Shown here one piece after another: positions 8,678-20,054 of a stretch of 64,000 bases of DNA. The notes under the pieces were generated by a model that worked only from the letters and a program-made list of their open reading frames with translations, was not told where the DNA came from and made no database searches. Origin of the DNA: an uncultured delta proteobacterium (GTDB lineage Bacteria; Myxococcota; Myxococcia; Myxococcales; Myxococcaceae); the NCBI GenBank assembly GCA_963771175.1, contig CAVYSY010000028.1, positions 64,001 through 128,000 on the forward strand, in the 5' to 3' direction. Made by a program: the position numbers and the translations under genes. How positions within the stretch are numbered: the first letter of the stretch is position 1; each line of letters begins with the position of its first letter.

Positions 8678-9681
8678 GGCAGCGGTCCCTCCGCCCAGAA
8701 GGCGAGGCCGGCGGCGGACAGCCGCGTGACGTCGGTGAGGAAGTCCGCATCCAACGTGGAGGGCACGTCTTTGTCGGTGTGGTAGTGGGGGTTGCGGAAG
8801 TTGGCGGTGTCGGTGAGGAAGAGGGAGCTCTGCCCGGCCATCCAGAAGGGGGCGTGGTCGCTGCGCATGAGGTTGCCGGTGGCGGGGCCAGTGCCATCCC
8901 CTGGCGTCAGCACGCCCCGCAGGGACACGCCGAGCCGGGAGCCCAGCGCGTACAGCTCCTCCAGCCGGACGTTTGACCGCTCGTTGGCGATGGCGGCGAT
9001 GAAGTCGCCCGTGTCGGGGATGGGGAAGCCGGGCAGGCCCAGTTGGGCGCCGGGGGTCGGGTCCTTGTAGCCGATGCAGTCGAAGACAATCGAGGTGACG
9101 ACCTTCTCCTCCGGGTGCGCACTCACGTAGCGCGTGCTGCCCACCAACCCGAACTCCTCCAGGTCGAAGCCCACGAAGCGCACGGTGCGCGCGAAGCGCT
9201 TGCCCGAGGCCAGCCGCGCCATCTCCAACATCGCCGCCACGCCCGAGCTGTTGTCATCCGCTCCCGCGTAGTAGGCGTCGTAGTGGGCGCCCACCACCAC
9301 CACCTCGTCGGGGCGCTCGGTGCCGCGCAGCTCGGCGATGACGTTGGAGGTGGGAAAGCGCGGGTCGTCCACGTCGTGCGTGGAGACGCTGTAGCCGAGC
9401 GACTCGAAGCGCCGGAGCACGAGCTGGCGGGCCTTCTCGCGGGTGAGGTTGCACACCGGCCGGCGCGCGTTGTCGAGCTCCGAGGGCGCGAAGAGGCCAC
9501 AGTCGAGCGGAGTGTCCTCGCGGTGCGCGGCGACGAGCACGTCCACGTCCGACATCAGGCGCTGCTGCTCCACGCCCGCGGCGAAGTCCCCGGCGCGGGA
9601 GAGGCCGGCCTCATCGGGAGCGGACCGCGAGGCGCAGGAGCTCACGGCGAGGAAGAGGAGTGTGGCGGACAGGGCTCTCAC
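8674..9681 (-). CDS. M28 family peptidase lipoprotein
   Basis: GAHYD, GADDNSSG, EEFGLVGS, RSDHAPF, YHT; lipobox AVSSC. Confidence 0.9.
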   Translation of the reverse strand: MRALSATLLFLAVSSCASRSAPDEAGLSRAGDFAAGVEQQRLMSDVDVLVAAHREDTPLDCGLFAPSELDNARRPVCNLTREKARQLVLRRFESLGYSVSTHDVDDPRFPTSNVIAELRGTERPDEVVVVGAHYDAYYAGADDNSSGVAAMLEMARLASGKRFARTVRFVGFDLEEFGLVGSTRYVSAHPEEKVVTSIVFDCIGYKDPTPGAQLGLPGFPIPDTGDFIAAIANERSNVRLEELYALGSRLGVSLRGVLTPGDGTGPATGNLMRSDHAPFWMAGQSSLFLTDTANFRNPHYHTDKDVPSTLDADFLTDVTRLSAAGLAFWAEGPLP

Positions 9682-10214
9682 AGCGTCATCCCCAGGTGCA
9701 GGAGGCCGAGCTGCAGGCGCAGGGTGGAGCCGGGCCGGTTGAGGGTGGTGCCCCACTGGAGCTCGAGGGCGCTCACGGTGAAGCGGCGGAAGGCGAAGCG
9801 CAGGGGCACGGCGTGCAGGGCGACGTAGGCGGGCCCGAGCTCCTCGGCCTGCCGGCGAAAGAGGTCCTCGGGGAAGCCGCCCGCCGGAGTGAGGATGATG
9901 GGCAGGCCGCTGAGGCCCAGCTCCGGGCCCACCGCGGGCCGCCACGCACCGGATTGCGTGGAGAGCAGGGCACGGGCGTAGAGCTCGACTGGCAGGTTGC
10001 CCCGACCCGAGGGGGCCCAGCGCACCCCGCCTCCGAGTCGCCAGGAGCCGAGCTCGCGCGCATAGGCGGCCTCGAGGGCCAGGCGGGGAGCGGAGATGTT
10101 GTAGGCGCCGCCGTTGGTGAGGGTGACGGCGGTGGCCCCGAGGGACACGTCGTGTCCGGCGGCGGCTACGACGCTCGGAAGGAGCGAGGCGGCGAGGAGC
10201 AACCAGGAGCGCAT
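9678..10214 (-). CDS. Exported, probable outer-membrane beta-barrel protein
   Basis: Signal peptide; beta-strand pattern; similar to 8148-8677. Confidence 0.6.
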   Translation of the reverse strand: MRSWLLLAASLLPSVVAAAGHDVSLGATAVTLTNGGAYNISAPRLALEAAYARELGSWRLGGGVRWAPSGRGNLPVELYARALLSTQSGAWRPAVGPELGLSGLPIILTPAGGFPEDLFRRQAEELGPAYVALHAVPLRFAFRRFTVSALELQWGTTLNRPGSTLRLQLGLLHLGMTL

Positions 10215-10388
10215 GGGCGGAGGACTCTAGCCCGTGCCCCGAGCAGGCGCGAGGCGGGCGCCCCCGTCGCAGCAGGCAGCCAGGCCCCGTCCGCGCCTCC
10301 ACGGCTGGCCCACCCTGGCGCCGCACCCCACCTTTCGCACGAACGAAGCCGCGGGCCCGGGGAGGCCCGAGCGGAAGGGAGCCTCGGG

Positions 10389-11288
10389 ATGCGCGTCCAT
10401 CATTTGAACTGCGTGACGATGTGCCCACCGGGTGGGCGGCTGATGGATGGTCGGCGCCGGCCGAGGGGAGTGCCAGCGGCGCTGGTGTGCCACACCCTGC
10501 TGCTGGAGACGGACCAAGAGCTGGTGCTGGTGGACACGGGCTTCGGCCTGGAGGACGTGCGCAACCCGAGGCCCCGGCTCAGCCCCTTCTTCCTGAAGAT
10601 GAACCGGCCACGGCTCAACGAGGAGATGACGGCGCTCCGCCAGATTGAACGCCTGGGCTTCAAGGCCGAGGACGTGCGGCACATCGTGCTGACGCACCTG
10701 GACTTCGATCATGCCGGGGGCCTGGACGACTTCCCGACGGCACGGGTGCACGTGATGGCGGCCGAGGCGGAGGCCGCGGTGGCGCAGACGACGTGGCTCG
10801 ACCGGCGGCGCTTCCGCCCCCAGCAGTGGAGCACGCAGCCGCACTGGGTGACGTACCCGATGCCCCGCGGGGGCTCGCGCTGGTTCGGCTTCGAGTGTGT
10901 GAGGGACCTGGAGGGCCTGCCGCCGGACATCCTGCTGGTGCCGCTGGTGGGGCACACGCAGGGACACTCGGGCGTGGCGGTGCAGCTCTCGGACGGGTGG
11001 CTGCTGCACGCCGGAGACGCGTACTTCTACCACGAGGAGATGAACCCGAACCGGCCGCGCTGCACGCCCGGGCTGTGGGCCTACCAGGAGCTGATGCAGA
11101 AGGACGGACGGCTGCGCAAGCTCAACCAGGAGCGGCTGCGCGAGCTGGTGCGCCGGCATGACCGGGACGTACGGGTCTTCTGCGCCCACGACGCGCGGGA
11201 GTTCGAGCGGCTGGAGGAGGACGCCCGCGCCCACGAGCCCCACGCGCTGCGCGGCCTGCCCTCGGTGGAGCAGGCTCCCCTCCTCTAA
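10389..11288 (+). CDS. MBL-fold metallo-hydrolase
   Basis: LVDTG, THLDFDHAGG, GHTQGH, AGDA, CAHD. Confidence 0.92.
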   Translation: MRVHHLNCVTMCPPGGRLMDGRRRPRGVPAALVCHTLLLETDQELVLVDTGFGLEDVRNPRPRLSPFFLKMNRPRLNEEMTALRQIERLGFKAEDVRHIVLTHLDFDHAGGLDDFPTARVHVMAAEAEAAVAQTTWLDRRRFRPQQWSTQPHWVTYPMPRGGSRWFGFECVRDLEGLPPDILLVPLVGHTQGHSGVAVQLSDGWLLHAGDAYFYHEEMNPNRPRCTPGLWAYQELMQKDGRLRKLNQERLRELVRRHDRDVRVFCAHDAREFERLEEDARAHEPHALRGLPSVEQAPLL

Positions 11289-13599
11289 TGGAACAAACCC
11301 GGAGCCTGCGCGGAGGCCTCCACTTCCCGACTCACCGGCACCATCGGCAGCTCGACGGTGAAGGTCGCCCCGTCGCCCGGGCGTGCTCTCCACGGGATGG
11401 TGCCCCCGTGCGCCTCCACGAGCTGCCGGACGATGTAGAGCCCCAGCCCGAAGCCCTCCTTCTTCCCCTGGGAGGACGAGGCCTTCTTGAAGCGCTCGAA
11501 GATGGAGCGCTGCTCCTCCAGGGGAATGCCCTGCCCGTGGTCGCGCACCACCAGCCGCGCCTGGCCGTCCGTGCGCTCCACCCGCACCTCGATGGGCTGG
11601 CCCTGGCCGTACTTGAAGGCGTTGGACAGCAGGTTCGTCAGCACCCGCTCCAGCCGCAGCCTGTCCCACCGCCCCACCACCCCCAGCTCCGCGTCCAGCA
11701 CCAGCCGGCTGCCCACCTCCGCCGCCTGGTCCGCGTGCCGCTCCACGCACCTCGCGCACCAGCTCCGCCAGGTCCACCTCCACCACCTCCAGCTCCAGCC
11801 TGCCCCGAGGACAGCCGCGACAGGTCCAACAGGTTGTGCAGCAGCCGCCCCAGCCGCTGCGTCTGCCGCAGCGCCGCGCCGAGCCCCTCGCGCAGCTTGT
11901 CCGCGTCCGCCGACGGCGTGCGCCGCAGCTTGCCCAGCGTGAGCTGCAGCGCGTTGAGCGGGTTGCCCAGGTCGTGCGCCGCCACGCCGATGAGCTCCAG
12001 CGCCGCCTGCGCCTCGCGCAGCAGCCGCGCGTTGTCCAGCGCGAGCGCCGCGCGCCCCGCCAGCTCCTCGATGAACACCCGGTCCGTCTCCGTGAAGCGG
12101 CGCTCCGCGCTCATGGAGAGCAGGACGAGCACCCCCAGCGACCGCTCGCCCACGCGCAGCGGCACCGACAGGTAGGAGCGAACGCCGCAGCGCGCCGCAT
12201 GAGCCGCCAGGTGCTCGGCGTCCTCCGCCGACTCGCGCCAGCAGCTCCGGCCTCACCTCGGTGACCAGCTCCGTGCTGGCCCGTGCGCAGCACGCTCGCG
12301 GGCGTTGCGCTTGCCACGTCCGCTCCGGGGCTGGCTGTAGCGGAGGATGCCTCCCAGAGGAGCGCTCGCTCTCCGGGGAGACGTGCGCCACCGCGCGCGG
12401 CCGCAGCTCGCCCGCGGGCGACAGCAGGAAGAGGATGCACCCGTCGGCCAGCTCCGGCACCAGCAGCCGCGCCAGCTCCGCCACCGCTCAGGTCCGGGTC
12501 CAGCTGCTGAGTGGAAGAGCCGCCGGCCTCGGCGAAGAGGCGCTGGGTGCGCTCCAGGCGCGCCGGCGCTCGGTGATGTCGCGCGTCACCACCGCGTAGC
12601 CCTTGAGCCGGCCGTCCTCGTCGCGCAGCGCGGTGAGCAGGGTCTCGGCCCAGAAGCGCGTGCCGTCCTTGCGCACCCGCCAGCCCTCGGACTCGCAGCC
12701 GCCCGTCGCGCGCCGCCCGCTCCAGCTCCGCTCCGGGGCTGGCCCGCCGCCACCACCTCCGGCGGGTAGAGGATGCGCCCCCGGCGTGGCCCAGCATCTC
12801 CTCGGCGCGCCAGCCCTGGATGCGCTCGGCGCCGGGGTTCCAGCTCGCCACCCGGCCCTGCGGCGTCCAGCAGGTACGAGGGCGTAGTCCTGCACCCCCT
12901 CCACCAGCAGCCGGAAGCGCTCCTCGGTGGCCTGGACCTCGTGCTGCAGGGGGCGCAGCTAGCGCACGGGTGAGCACCCACGCCAGACCCCATCGCCACC
13001 AGCAGCCCCAGCATGGCCACGGCGAGGATGAGCCAGAACACCCGGTGGTCCGACCTCCTGGCGCGCTGGGCATCCGCCTCCAACGAGCGGTCGGTGTAGA
13101 GCGACAGCCAGTCCAGCGCCTCGTCGGCGCGCCGCCGGGACTCCCGCTCCATCCGCTCGACGTGCGCCTCCAGCTGCTGCCGCGGAGACGCCCTTCGCCC
13201 GTAGGCCTCCCTCAGCGCGCGGTGGCGTCCTCGTGCGCCTGCTCCGCCCGGGCCACCTCGTCCAGCAGGTCGGGCTCCACGAGGCCCTCCTCGTGCGACG
13301 CGCAGCCGCTCCAGCGTGCCCAGGAAGTCACTGCCGCGCCTGCACGCTCCTCCCGTCGAAGTAGGACTCCTCGCCGAGTCAGCTCATCGCCGCGCTCGCT
13401 GGACGACCTTGTCACTGCAGGCCCGGTGCAGCCGCTCCACCTCCAGCGGTGCAGGACGCGCTCGGCGGTGAGCCGCTCGTTGCTGGCGAGCACCGAGCGC
13501 AGGGCGACAGTGGTGATGGCGGCGATGGCCAGCGCCACCACCAGCGAGGCGGCGAGCCCCACCGCGATGCGCCTGGCGAACGTCCAGCGGACGCCGCAT
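11285..13599 (-). CDS. Membrane sensor histidine kinase (periplasmic sensor, PAS, GAF, HisKA, HATPase); multiply frameshifted
   Basis: Fragments across frames: VQDYA, SWNPGAERI, RVRKDGTRFW, LALDNARL, AHDLGNPL, NLLSNAFKY, GFGLGLYI. Confidence 0.85.
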
Positions 13600-13847
13600 C
13601 AACCACTCCCTCCGCCGCGCTGGCAGCCGGCCCACGGCAAGGTGGCGCCCCCCCGCGCCTGTCGGAATCGGTGCTCTCGGGCAATACGATGTCGGCAACC
13701 GTGTCGCCCTGTACGTCCTGGGGAACAAGCCGCTCCGTTCACCGACCAACCGCCCGGCCCCGGAGCACTTCCACGCGTCCGGGGGAAGCGCCCCGAGGTT
13801 TCCCCTCGGGCGGGCGACAGCGGCGGTGGGCGGGTGAAGGACGGGGA

Positions 13848-16083
13848 ATGGGGCCGGGAAGTCGGTCGGGGTGGGCCGCGGGTGTCTGCTCGCCCTGCTG
13901 GTGGCGCGTGCGGGGCGACGGAGCCGGAGGCCCCGGACACCCTCGGGCGCGGCGCGTGCCAGCCGCTGACGTGCGCCTCGCTCGGCCTGGACTGCGGCGT
14001 GACCATCGACGGCTGCGGGGGCATCGCTGCGCTGCGGCACCTGCGCCGAGGGCGAGGTGTGCGGGGTGACAGGGGTGCCCAACGTGTGCGGCCCGCCGCT
14101 CGTGCCCGCCAGCCACCTGCGGCGCGCTGGGGCGAACTGCGGCACGGTACCGGACGGGTGCGGCGGCACGCTCGAGTGCGGCACCTGCGAGGCGCCGGAG
14201 ACGTGCGGCGGCGGCGGCGAGCCCCACGTCTGCGGCCGGGCCGCCCTGCACGCCCACCACCTGCGCGGCGCTGGGGAAGGACGTGCGGCACGGTACCAGA
14301 CGGGTGCGGCGGCACGCTGGAGTGCGGCACCTGCTCCGAGGGCGAGACGTGCGGCGGCGGCGGCGCCCCCAACGTCTGCGGCCGCGGCCTCGTGCCTGCC
14401 CACCACCTGCGCGGCGCTAGGCGAAGAACTGCGGCACCCGTCTCCAACGGCTGCGGCGGCACGCTCGAGTGCGGCGCGTGCCCGGCGGGCACGAGCGTGC
14501 GGCGGCGGCGGCGTGCCCAACGTCTGCGGCGCGCCGCCGTGTACCCCCGCCACGTGTCGGCGCTCGGGGAAGGACTGCGGCCTCGTACCGGACGGCTGCG
14601 GCGGGCGTGCTCGACGTGCGGCACCTGCCCCGAGGGGGAGACGTGCGGCGGCGGCGCCCCCCAACGTGTGCGGCCGCGGCCTCGTGCCTGCCCACCACCT
14701 GCGCGGCCCTGGGGAAGGACTGCGGCACCCTCGCCGGATGGGTGCGGCGGGACGCTCGACGTGCGGCGCGTGCCCCGAGGGCCGAGACGTGCGGCGGCGG
14801 CGGCGTGCCCAACGTGTGCGGCACCGCGCGCTGCCTGCCGGCCACGTGTGACGCGCTGGGCAAGGGCTGCGGCCCGTGCCGGACGGGTGCGGCGGGATGC
14901 TGGACTGCGGCACGTGCCCCGAGGGCCAGACGTGCGGCGGAGGCGGCGTCGCCCAACGTCTGCGGCGAGCCCGGCGTGCCGGCCGTACACCTGCGGCCTG
15001 CTGGGGAAGAACTGCGGCACGGTGCCGGACGGGTGCGGCGGAACGCTGTACTGCGGCACGTGCGCCGCGCCGGCGAGACGTGCGGGGCGAGCGGCGTCGC
15101 CCAACGTCTGCGCCACCGCGCGACCTCGGTGTGCGTGGACAGGGACCTGGGCAGCGCGCTGCCGGTGACGGTGAAGGGCACCACGGCCGTACGCCAACGA
15201 TGACCACCAGGCCTCGTGCGGGGGCGGCCGGCGCGCCGGACCGGGGCTTCCTCTGGACGGCGCCGAGGAGCGGCACCTTCACCTTCGACACGGCGCGCTC
15301 GGCGCTGCGACTCGCTGCTGTGCCGTGCGGCGCGACGGGTGCGGCGGCGCGGAGCTGGCGTGCGCCACGGACGGCATCAGCTACGGCGGCGGGCGCGCGG
15401 GTGACGGCGCTCGCTGGAGGCAGGGCCAGCGGGTGCTGGTGGTGGTGGACTCGCCGACGAGCGGGCGCTTCAGCGCGGGCCACTTCGAGCTGCACATCGA
15501 CGAGCTGCGCGCGAGCGAGGCGGGCGCGTGCTTCGACGGCAGCGGACAACGACGGGGACCGCTGGGTGGACTGCGCGGACACGGACTGCCAGGCCGAGCC
15601 GGGCTGCGACGGGAGCGGGTGCGCGCACCACGGACCTGGGCAGCGCGCTACCGGTCACCTTCCTCGGGGACACGGTGCAGTCCGGGGACGGCTTCCAGGG
15701 CACGTGCGGGGCGCAGGCTGCAGCAGGACCGGGCGCACCTGTGGACGGCGCCCGTGAGCGGCACCTACGTCTTCGACACGGCGGGGAGCGGCTACGGCAA
15801 CGCGCTGTACGTGCTGACGCGGCTGCCGGGGGCACGGAGCTGGCGTGCGCGGCGAACGAGACCGCGGGGAAGACGCGGCGCGCCGGTGGTGAAGCTGTCG
15901 CTGGAGCAGGGGCAGACGGTGCTGGTGGTGGTGGACGGAATGGCCAGCACCGTCGCGGGCACGCCCATCCGCTACACGCTGCACATCCGCGAGTACGGGC
16001 CCCGGGAGACGGGCCGCTGCGCGAACGGCGCGGACAACGACGCGGACGGCCGGGCGGACGACGCGGACTCGGACTGCCGGTGA
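13848..16083 (+). CDS. Cys-rich repeat surface lipoprotein with C-terminal PPC-like modules; multiply frameshifted
   Basis: About 8 repeats of CGTVPDGCGGTLECGTC..GETCGGGG.PNVCG, then WTAP.SGT.. FDT modules and DNDGD/DNDAD loops. Confidence 0.8.
13955..15115 (+). repeat. Coding tandem repeat, ~145 bp x ~8
   Basis: TGCGGCACCTG-like anchors at roughly 145-bp intervals. Confidence 0.8.
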
Positions 16084-16135
16084 GGGCCTCGCCCTCCTTT
16101 TGGACAACAAGGAGGTTGGCCAACAGGCTTGTTGG

Positions 16136-16705
16136 CTACACCTCCTCGAAATACGTCCCGGTGGCGCCGATGCGCTCCAGTGCGTGCTTGATCTCCTGGG
16201 AGACGATGAGAGCGACCGTCCATCCCCAGGTGCGGAATACCTTGGCGTCTCCTACTTTCGAGGGATCGATCCGCATCCCGTAGACATCCCGGTACTGCCC
16301 GACCTTCTCGGGTCGTCCATCCTCCGGGGTCCAGATCTCCACCTCCTTGCATGCCGCATCATCGATGCACCGGAGGGTCTTGGTCGCGACGAGGATGCAG
16401 AACTGCTCCGGCTGACCTTCGACCTCCACGGGGAAGAGCTGCACGTCCTCGGGAGCAAGCTCCGCGAACACGGTGGCCACCCGGACGTGGACCAGGGGAA
16501 TGGCGAGACCCGCGAGAGAGAAATCAAGCGGCTTGCCAGGACGGTCAATGGCGATCTTCAGGCGTCCCGGGTTGGGAAGACGCCTTCCGTCCGTGAACAT
16601 CCACGGGTCGTCCACTTCCCGGCCACTCGGATCCGCAGGGTTGTGGAGATACCAGCGACCCGGCACATAAACGTCATCGGAAAGGTCAAAGTACCGCTTT
16701 GGCAT
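16136..16705 (-). CDS. Imm11/DUF1629-type immunity protein
   Basis: PLDFS, DVQLFPVEVEG, CID, IDPSKVGDAKVFR, ALIVS; directly downstream of the AHH toxin. Confidence 0.85.
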   Translation of the reverse strand: MPKRYFDLSDDVYVPGRWYLHNPADPSGREVDDPWMFTDGRRLPNPGRLKIAIDRPGKPLDFSLAGLAIPLVHVRVATVFAELAPEDVQLFPVEVEGQPEQFCILVATKTLRCIDDAACKEVEIWTPEDGRPEKVGQYRDVYGMRIDPSKVGDAKVFRTWGWTVALIVSQEIKHALERIGATGTYFEEV

Positions 16706-16720
16706 GTGAGGACCCTGACG

Positions 16721-18073
16721 TCACTGGCTCCGAGTCACCAACCTGTTCAGTTCGGTGCCTTCCGTCGAGACTTGACGCGCCAACCTTCGGAGCTCCGCCG
16801 TCAATGCCTCTCGGCAATGCTGGACACTGCGGCACGTTCTCGTTGCTTCCATCAGTCGCCTGAAGATCCTCGCATGGTACTCCCGCGGATGTGGCCCCCT
16901 GTGGCCCTGGACACGAACGATGTTGGCCGGGTCGTTCAGTGACATACCTGCCTTGTCGAAGATCTTCTGGAACTGAGGCGACCAGGGGCCGCCATTGTCC
17001 GTGGAATCCCACCACTTGTCCGTGGCGATGTGGTGGTCGTGTCCCCGCGCATCCACCGGGCCGGCAGCACCAGCACCCATCCCCCGCGCCGCCATGGCAA
17101 CCGCGCCAGGAGCAAGCGACAGGGTGATGGCCTCGCCCGTCACGGCAACCGCCTCCACCTGGCCCACGGCCGAGAGCTGGATGCCTGCCTGTGCCCCGGC
17201 CTGCATGGACGCCTGCGCCGAGCCGGGCAACGTCGGCACCGTCGACGCGAAACCCGCCGCCGTGTTCCCGATGGCCGCTGTGGCGAGCAAGGCGAAGGCG
17301 CGCGCCGCGTTCCGTCCCATCACCTTGCCGTACCGCTCTCCTGCGCCGCGGAGCTCGTCGAACGTGGTGGCCTGGTCCGCCTCCTCCACCAGCCGTTTGA
17401 AGCCCGTTATCAGCCCCCAGAAAGTATCCACGCCCAGGTAGACAATGAGGGTCGCGGTCATCACCGCCGCGAGGCCCTTCGAGACCGGCTCCGGTAGCGA
17501 CATGAGGATGAAATACGTGGTGCCCGTCCACAACGCCGCCGCCAGCATGGCGTGCGGGTCGGCCATGTCCTTGAAGGCCTCGAGCATTTCCTCGAGCACC
17601 GCGCCCTGGGCCAGCGCCATGGCCAGCGCGTAACGGCCATCCCCGTTCACCGTGGGGCACTCCACCAGCAAGCGCAGGCAGTCGCCCTTCCTCCCAGTGC
17701 GCTCGCACCAGCGCAGGTAGGCGTGGGTCAACTCCACGTCCGCTTGCAGCTGCTCCGACCCCCGCGGAGTACCCTCCACAGGGGTCACCCCATGGGTCAG
17801 GGGGTTGAACAGATACGATCCGCTGCGCGCTTCCACCTCCAGCAGCCGCCGGGCGGCCTGCTGCGGGTTGGCGGAGGGCCGTACGCTCCGGGACAACTCG
17901 GAGACCGCCTCCTGGAACTCGTCTTCCTCCAGCTCGACCGGCTCGAATGCGCCGATGCGTGGAGTGAGAACAATGGGCGCCCCCTGGCCCGTGTCCAGGC
18001 GCACCACGCGAGCCGTGGTGCAGCCGGTCGTGAGCCACAGCAGCACCAGCGGCATCGCCCAACACGATTTCAT
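16721..18073 (-). CDS. SitA5-like lipoprotein polymorphic toxin with AHH nuclease C-terminus
   Basis: Lipobox LTTGC; VVRLDTGQG; PEP..K segment; HHIATDK...HRGPHPREYH. Confidence 0.87.
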   Translation of the reverse strand: MKSCWAMPLVLLWLTTGCTTARVVRLDTGQGAPIVLTPRIGAFEPVELEEDEFQEAVSELSRSVRPSANPQQAARRLLEVEARSGSYLFNPLTHGVTPVEGTPRGSEQLQADVELTHAYLRWCERTGRKGDCLRLLVECPTVNGDGRYALAMALAQGAVLEEMLEAFKDMADPHAMLAAALWTGTTYFILMSLPEPVSKGLAAVMTATLIVYLGVDTFWGLITGFKRLVEEADQATTFDELRGAGERYGKVMGRNAARAFALLATAAIGNTAAGFASTVPTLPGSAQASMQAGAQAGIQLSAVGQVEAVAVTGEAITLSLAPGAVAMAARGMGAGAAGPVDARGHDHHIATDKWWDSTDNGGPWSPQFQKIFDKAGMSLNDPANIVRVQGHRGPHPREYHARIFRRLMEATRTCRSVQHCREALTAELRRLARQVSTEGTELNRLVTRSQ

Positions 18074-18114
18074 GGAGCACCCCTCTCCCGATGATGCAGC
18101 AAGCGCCTATCCGC

Positions 18115-19282
18115 TCACCCGTGCTCGCGGTCGAGCTTGTCCAGCACGGAGCGCGCCTGGGCGTCCTCCTGCTGGTGGGCCTGCACCTCGGCCACCTCCC
18201 GCCAGCGAATCCACCCCTGGCTCGCGGCGTGGCGGGCGGCCGTCGACCGTGTCGTCCACCATCAGCATCTGGCTGCCGTGCGGCGCGCACGTCCTCGGCG
18301 ATGAGGGCCAGCTCGCGCTCGCGCCCCGCGCGGTCCCACACGTTGCGGATGTAGACGCAGCGGATCCGGCCGGGGAACTCGCGCACGATGGTGCGGTAGT
18401 GCTCGGCGTCCTCCTGCCCGCTGTCGCCGATGAGAAGGAAGGGCAGCGGCGCGAGCGAGCCCATCACCTCGCGGATCTTGTCCAGCTTGTGCCCGTGCCC
18501 GCCGCCGGGCGCGAAGCCCGTCGCCGGCTCAGCCCCCAGTCGCGCAGCAGCAGCGGCCCCGCGGGAATCCGGTGCAGCCCGAGGAACTCGTCCAGGTGCT
18601 CGTAGAGGTTCCACGGGCTGGAGGAGACGTAGAAGATGGGGTTGCACGCCGAGCCGGTGCTCCCCTCGTGCAGCGCCTCGTAGAAGGCGTCCACGCCCTC
18701 GAAGGGCAGGCGCGTGCGGTGCTCGGTGAGGAAGAGCGTCCAGGCGCGCTTGAGGAAGTTGGTGACGTTGGTGACGATGACGGTGTCGTCGATGTCGCTG
18801 ATGACGCCGTACTCCGAGCCGCGGCCCCGGCCACCAGCACGGGCGCCCGCGCGCGCTCCACTGCCCTCGGGGGCCGGCGACGGCAGCTCCAGCTCCACGT
18901 CGTGCCAGCCGGGCCGCGCGCCCGGCGGGCGGCTCCACCCACAGGTCCAGGAAGCCCTCCTCGTCGGTGATGCCCCTCCCAGCGGTGCTCGCCCCAGCGA
19001 CGCCTTCACGCGGCGCCGGGAACCTCCACGTCGTGTAGCGCTTCCACGAGGCGATGGCGCTGCCCAGCAGCGTGTGGCGCTGCCGGGCGGGCGCACGTGC
19101 CGGTCCTCCAGCACGCGCGCCTTGACGACGGGCGCGCCGGGGCGTCCGTAGCCGCGGTAGGGCAGGATGCGTGGCGGGCGGGCCAGCCCCAGCTTGCGCC
19201 GGAGCCTCCAGCCCCACGACTCGACGTGGTGCTCGACGTAGAAGGCGAGCCGGATCAGGGCATTCGGCGGCTTCCGGGACAT
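18115..19282 (-). CDS. App1/DUF2183 family phosphatidate phosphatase-like protein; frameshifted
   Basis: ISDIDDTV, YVSSSPWNLY, GPLLLRDWG, LIGDSGQED. Confidence 0.87.
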
Positions 19283-19400
19283 GAGGGCGGGCATCTCCGA
19301 GGCCCACACTCGCCCCGTCCGCGCCTCCCGTCAACGGAGACGCGCGGGCCCCTCTCGCTCCGTGAACACCCCGAGCCCCCGCTGTCGGGCCTCCGCCGCC

Positions 19401-20031
19401 TCAGGAGGGCTCGCGCGCGAACAGCACGAGCGGGTGGAGGAGCAGCGCGAAGGCCTCGCGCACCGTCCAGTAGAAGCGGTCGAGGGCGCGCATGTTGCGC
19501 TCGGTGAGGAAGGCGGGGCTGGTGGCCACCTCGAAGCCGTGGAGCCGGAAGTACTGGCGGGCGCGCAGCAGGTGGTACGGGTCGGAGACCACCACCACGC
19601 TGCCGCGCGCCGAGCGAGCGCAGCAGGTCCGCGGAGAAGCGCGCGTTCTGCTCGGTGGAGTGGCTCTGCTCCTCCAGGAGACAGGCCTCCTCGGGGACGC
19701 CGAGCCGCACCGCGAGCTCCTTCATGACGCGGGCCTCGGAGGGCGGGTTCACCCCCACGCCGCCGGAGAAGAGGAGCCGGGGGGCGAGGCCCTGGTGGTA
19801 GAGTTCCACCGCCTTCTCGATGCGGGCGCGCAGCGCGGGAGAGGGAGAGCCCCCAGGCAGCACCCGGGCGCCGAGCACCACCACGACGTCCGAGCGGACG
19901 GCGCGCTCACGCTGGCCGAAGCGGTCGACCACGAAGGCCAGCCCGTAGACGCCGCAGGTGAGCACGCCGACGAGGGCGAACACCCAGCGCCGGAGGGGGC
20001 CGGGCCCCTTCCTGAGAGCAAGCGGAGGCAT
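19401..20031 (-). CDS. YdcF/DUF218 family protein; one frameshift
   Basis: VVLGA, LFSGG, SEA, EEQSHSTEQNA, VSDPYHLLRA, RE. Confidence 0.88.
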
Positions 20032-20054
20032 GGAGCGCAGGGTACGCCATCGGC

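Noticed and set aside
11285..16083. Programmed frameshifting or phase variation in the kinase and repeat genes
   Set aside because: Indels are too many and scattered, with no slippery motifs; sequencing error is more parsimonious
13848..16083. Tryptophan synthase alpha chain label often attached to such proteins
   Set aside because: No TIM-barrel or TrpA motifs; it is a Cys-rich repeat protein
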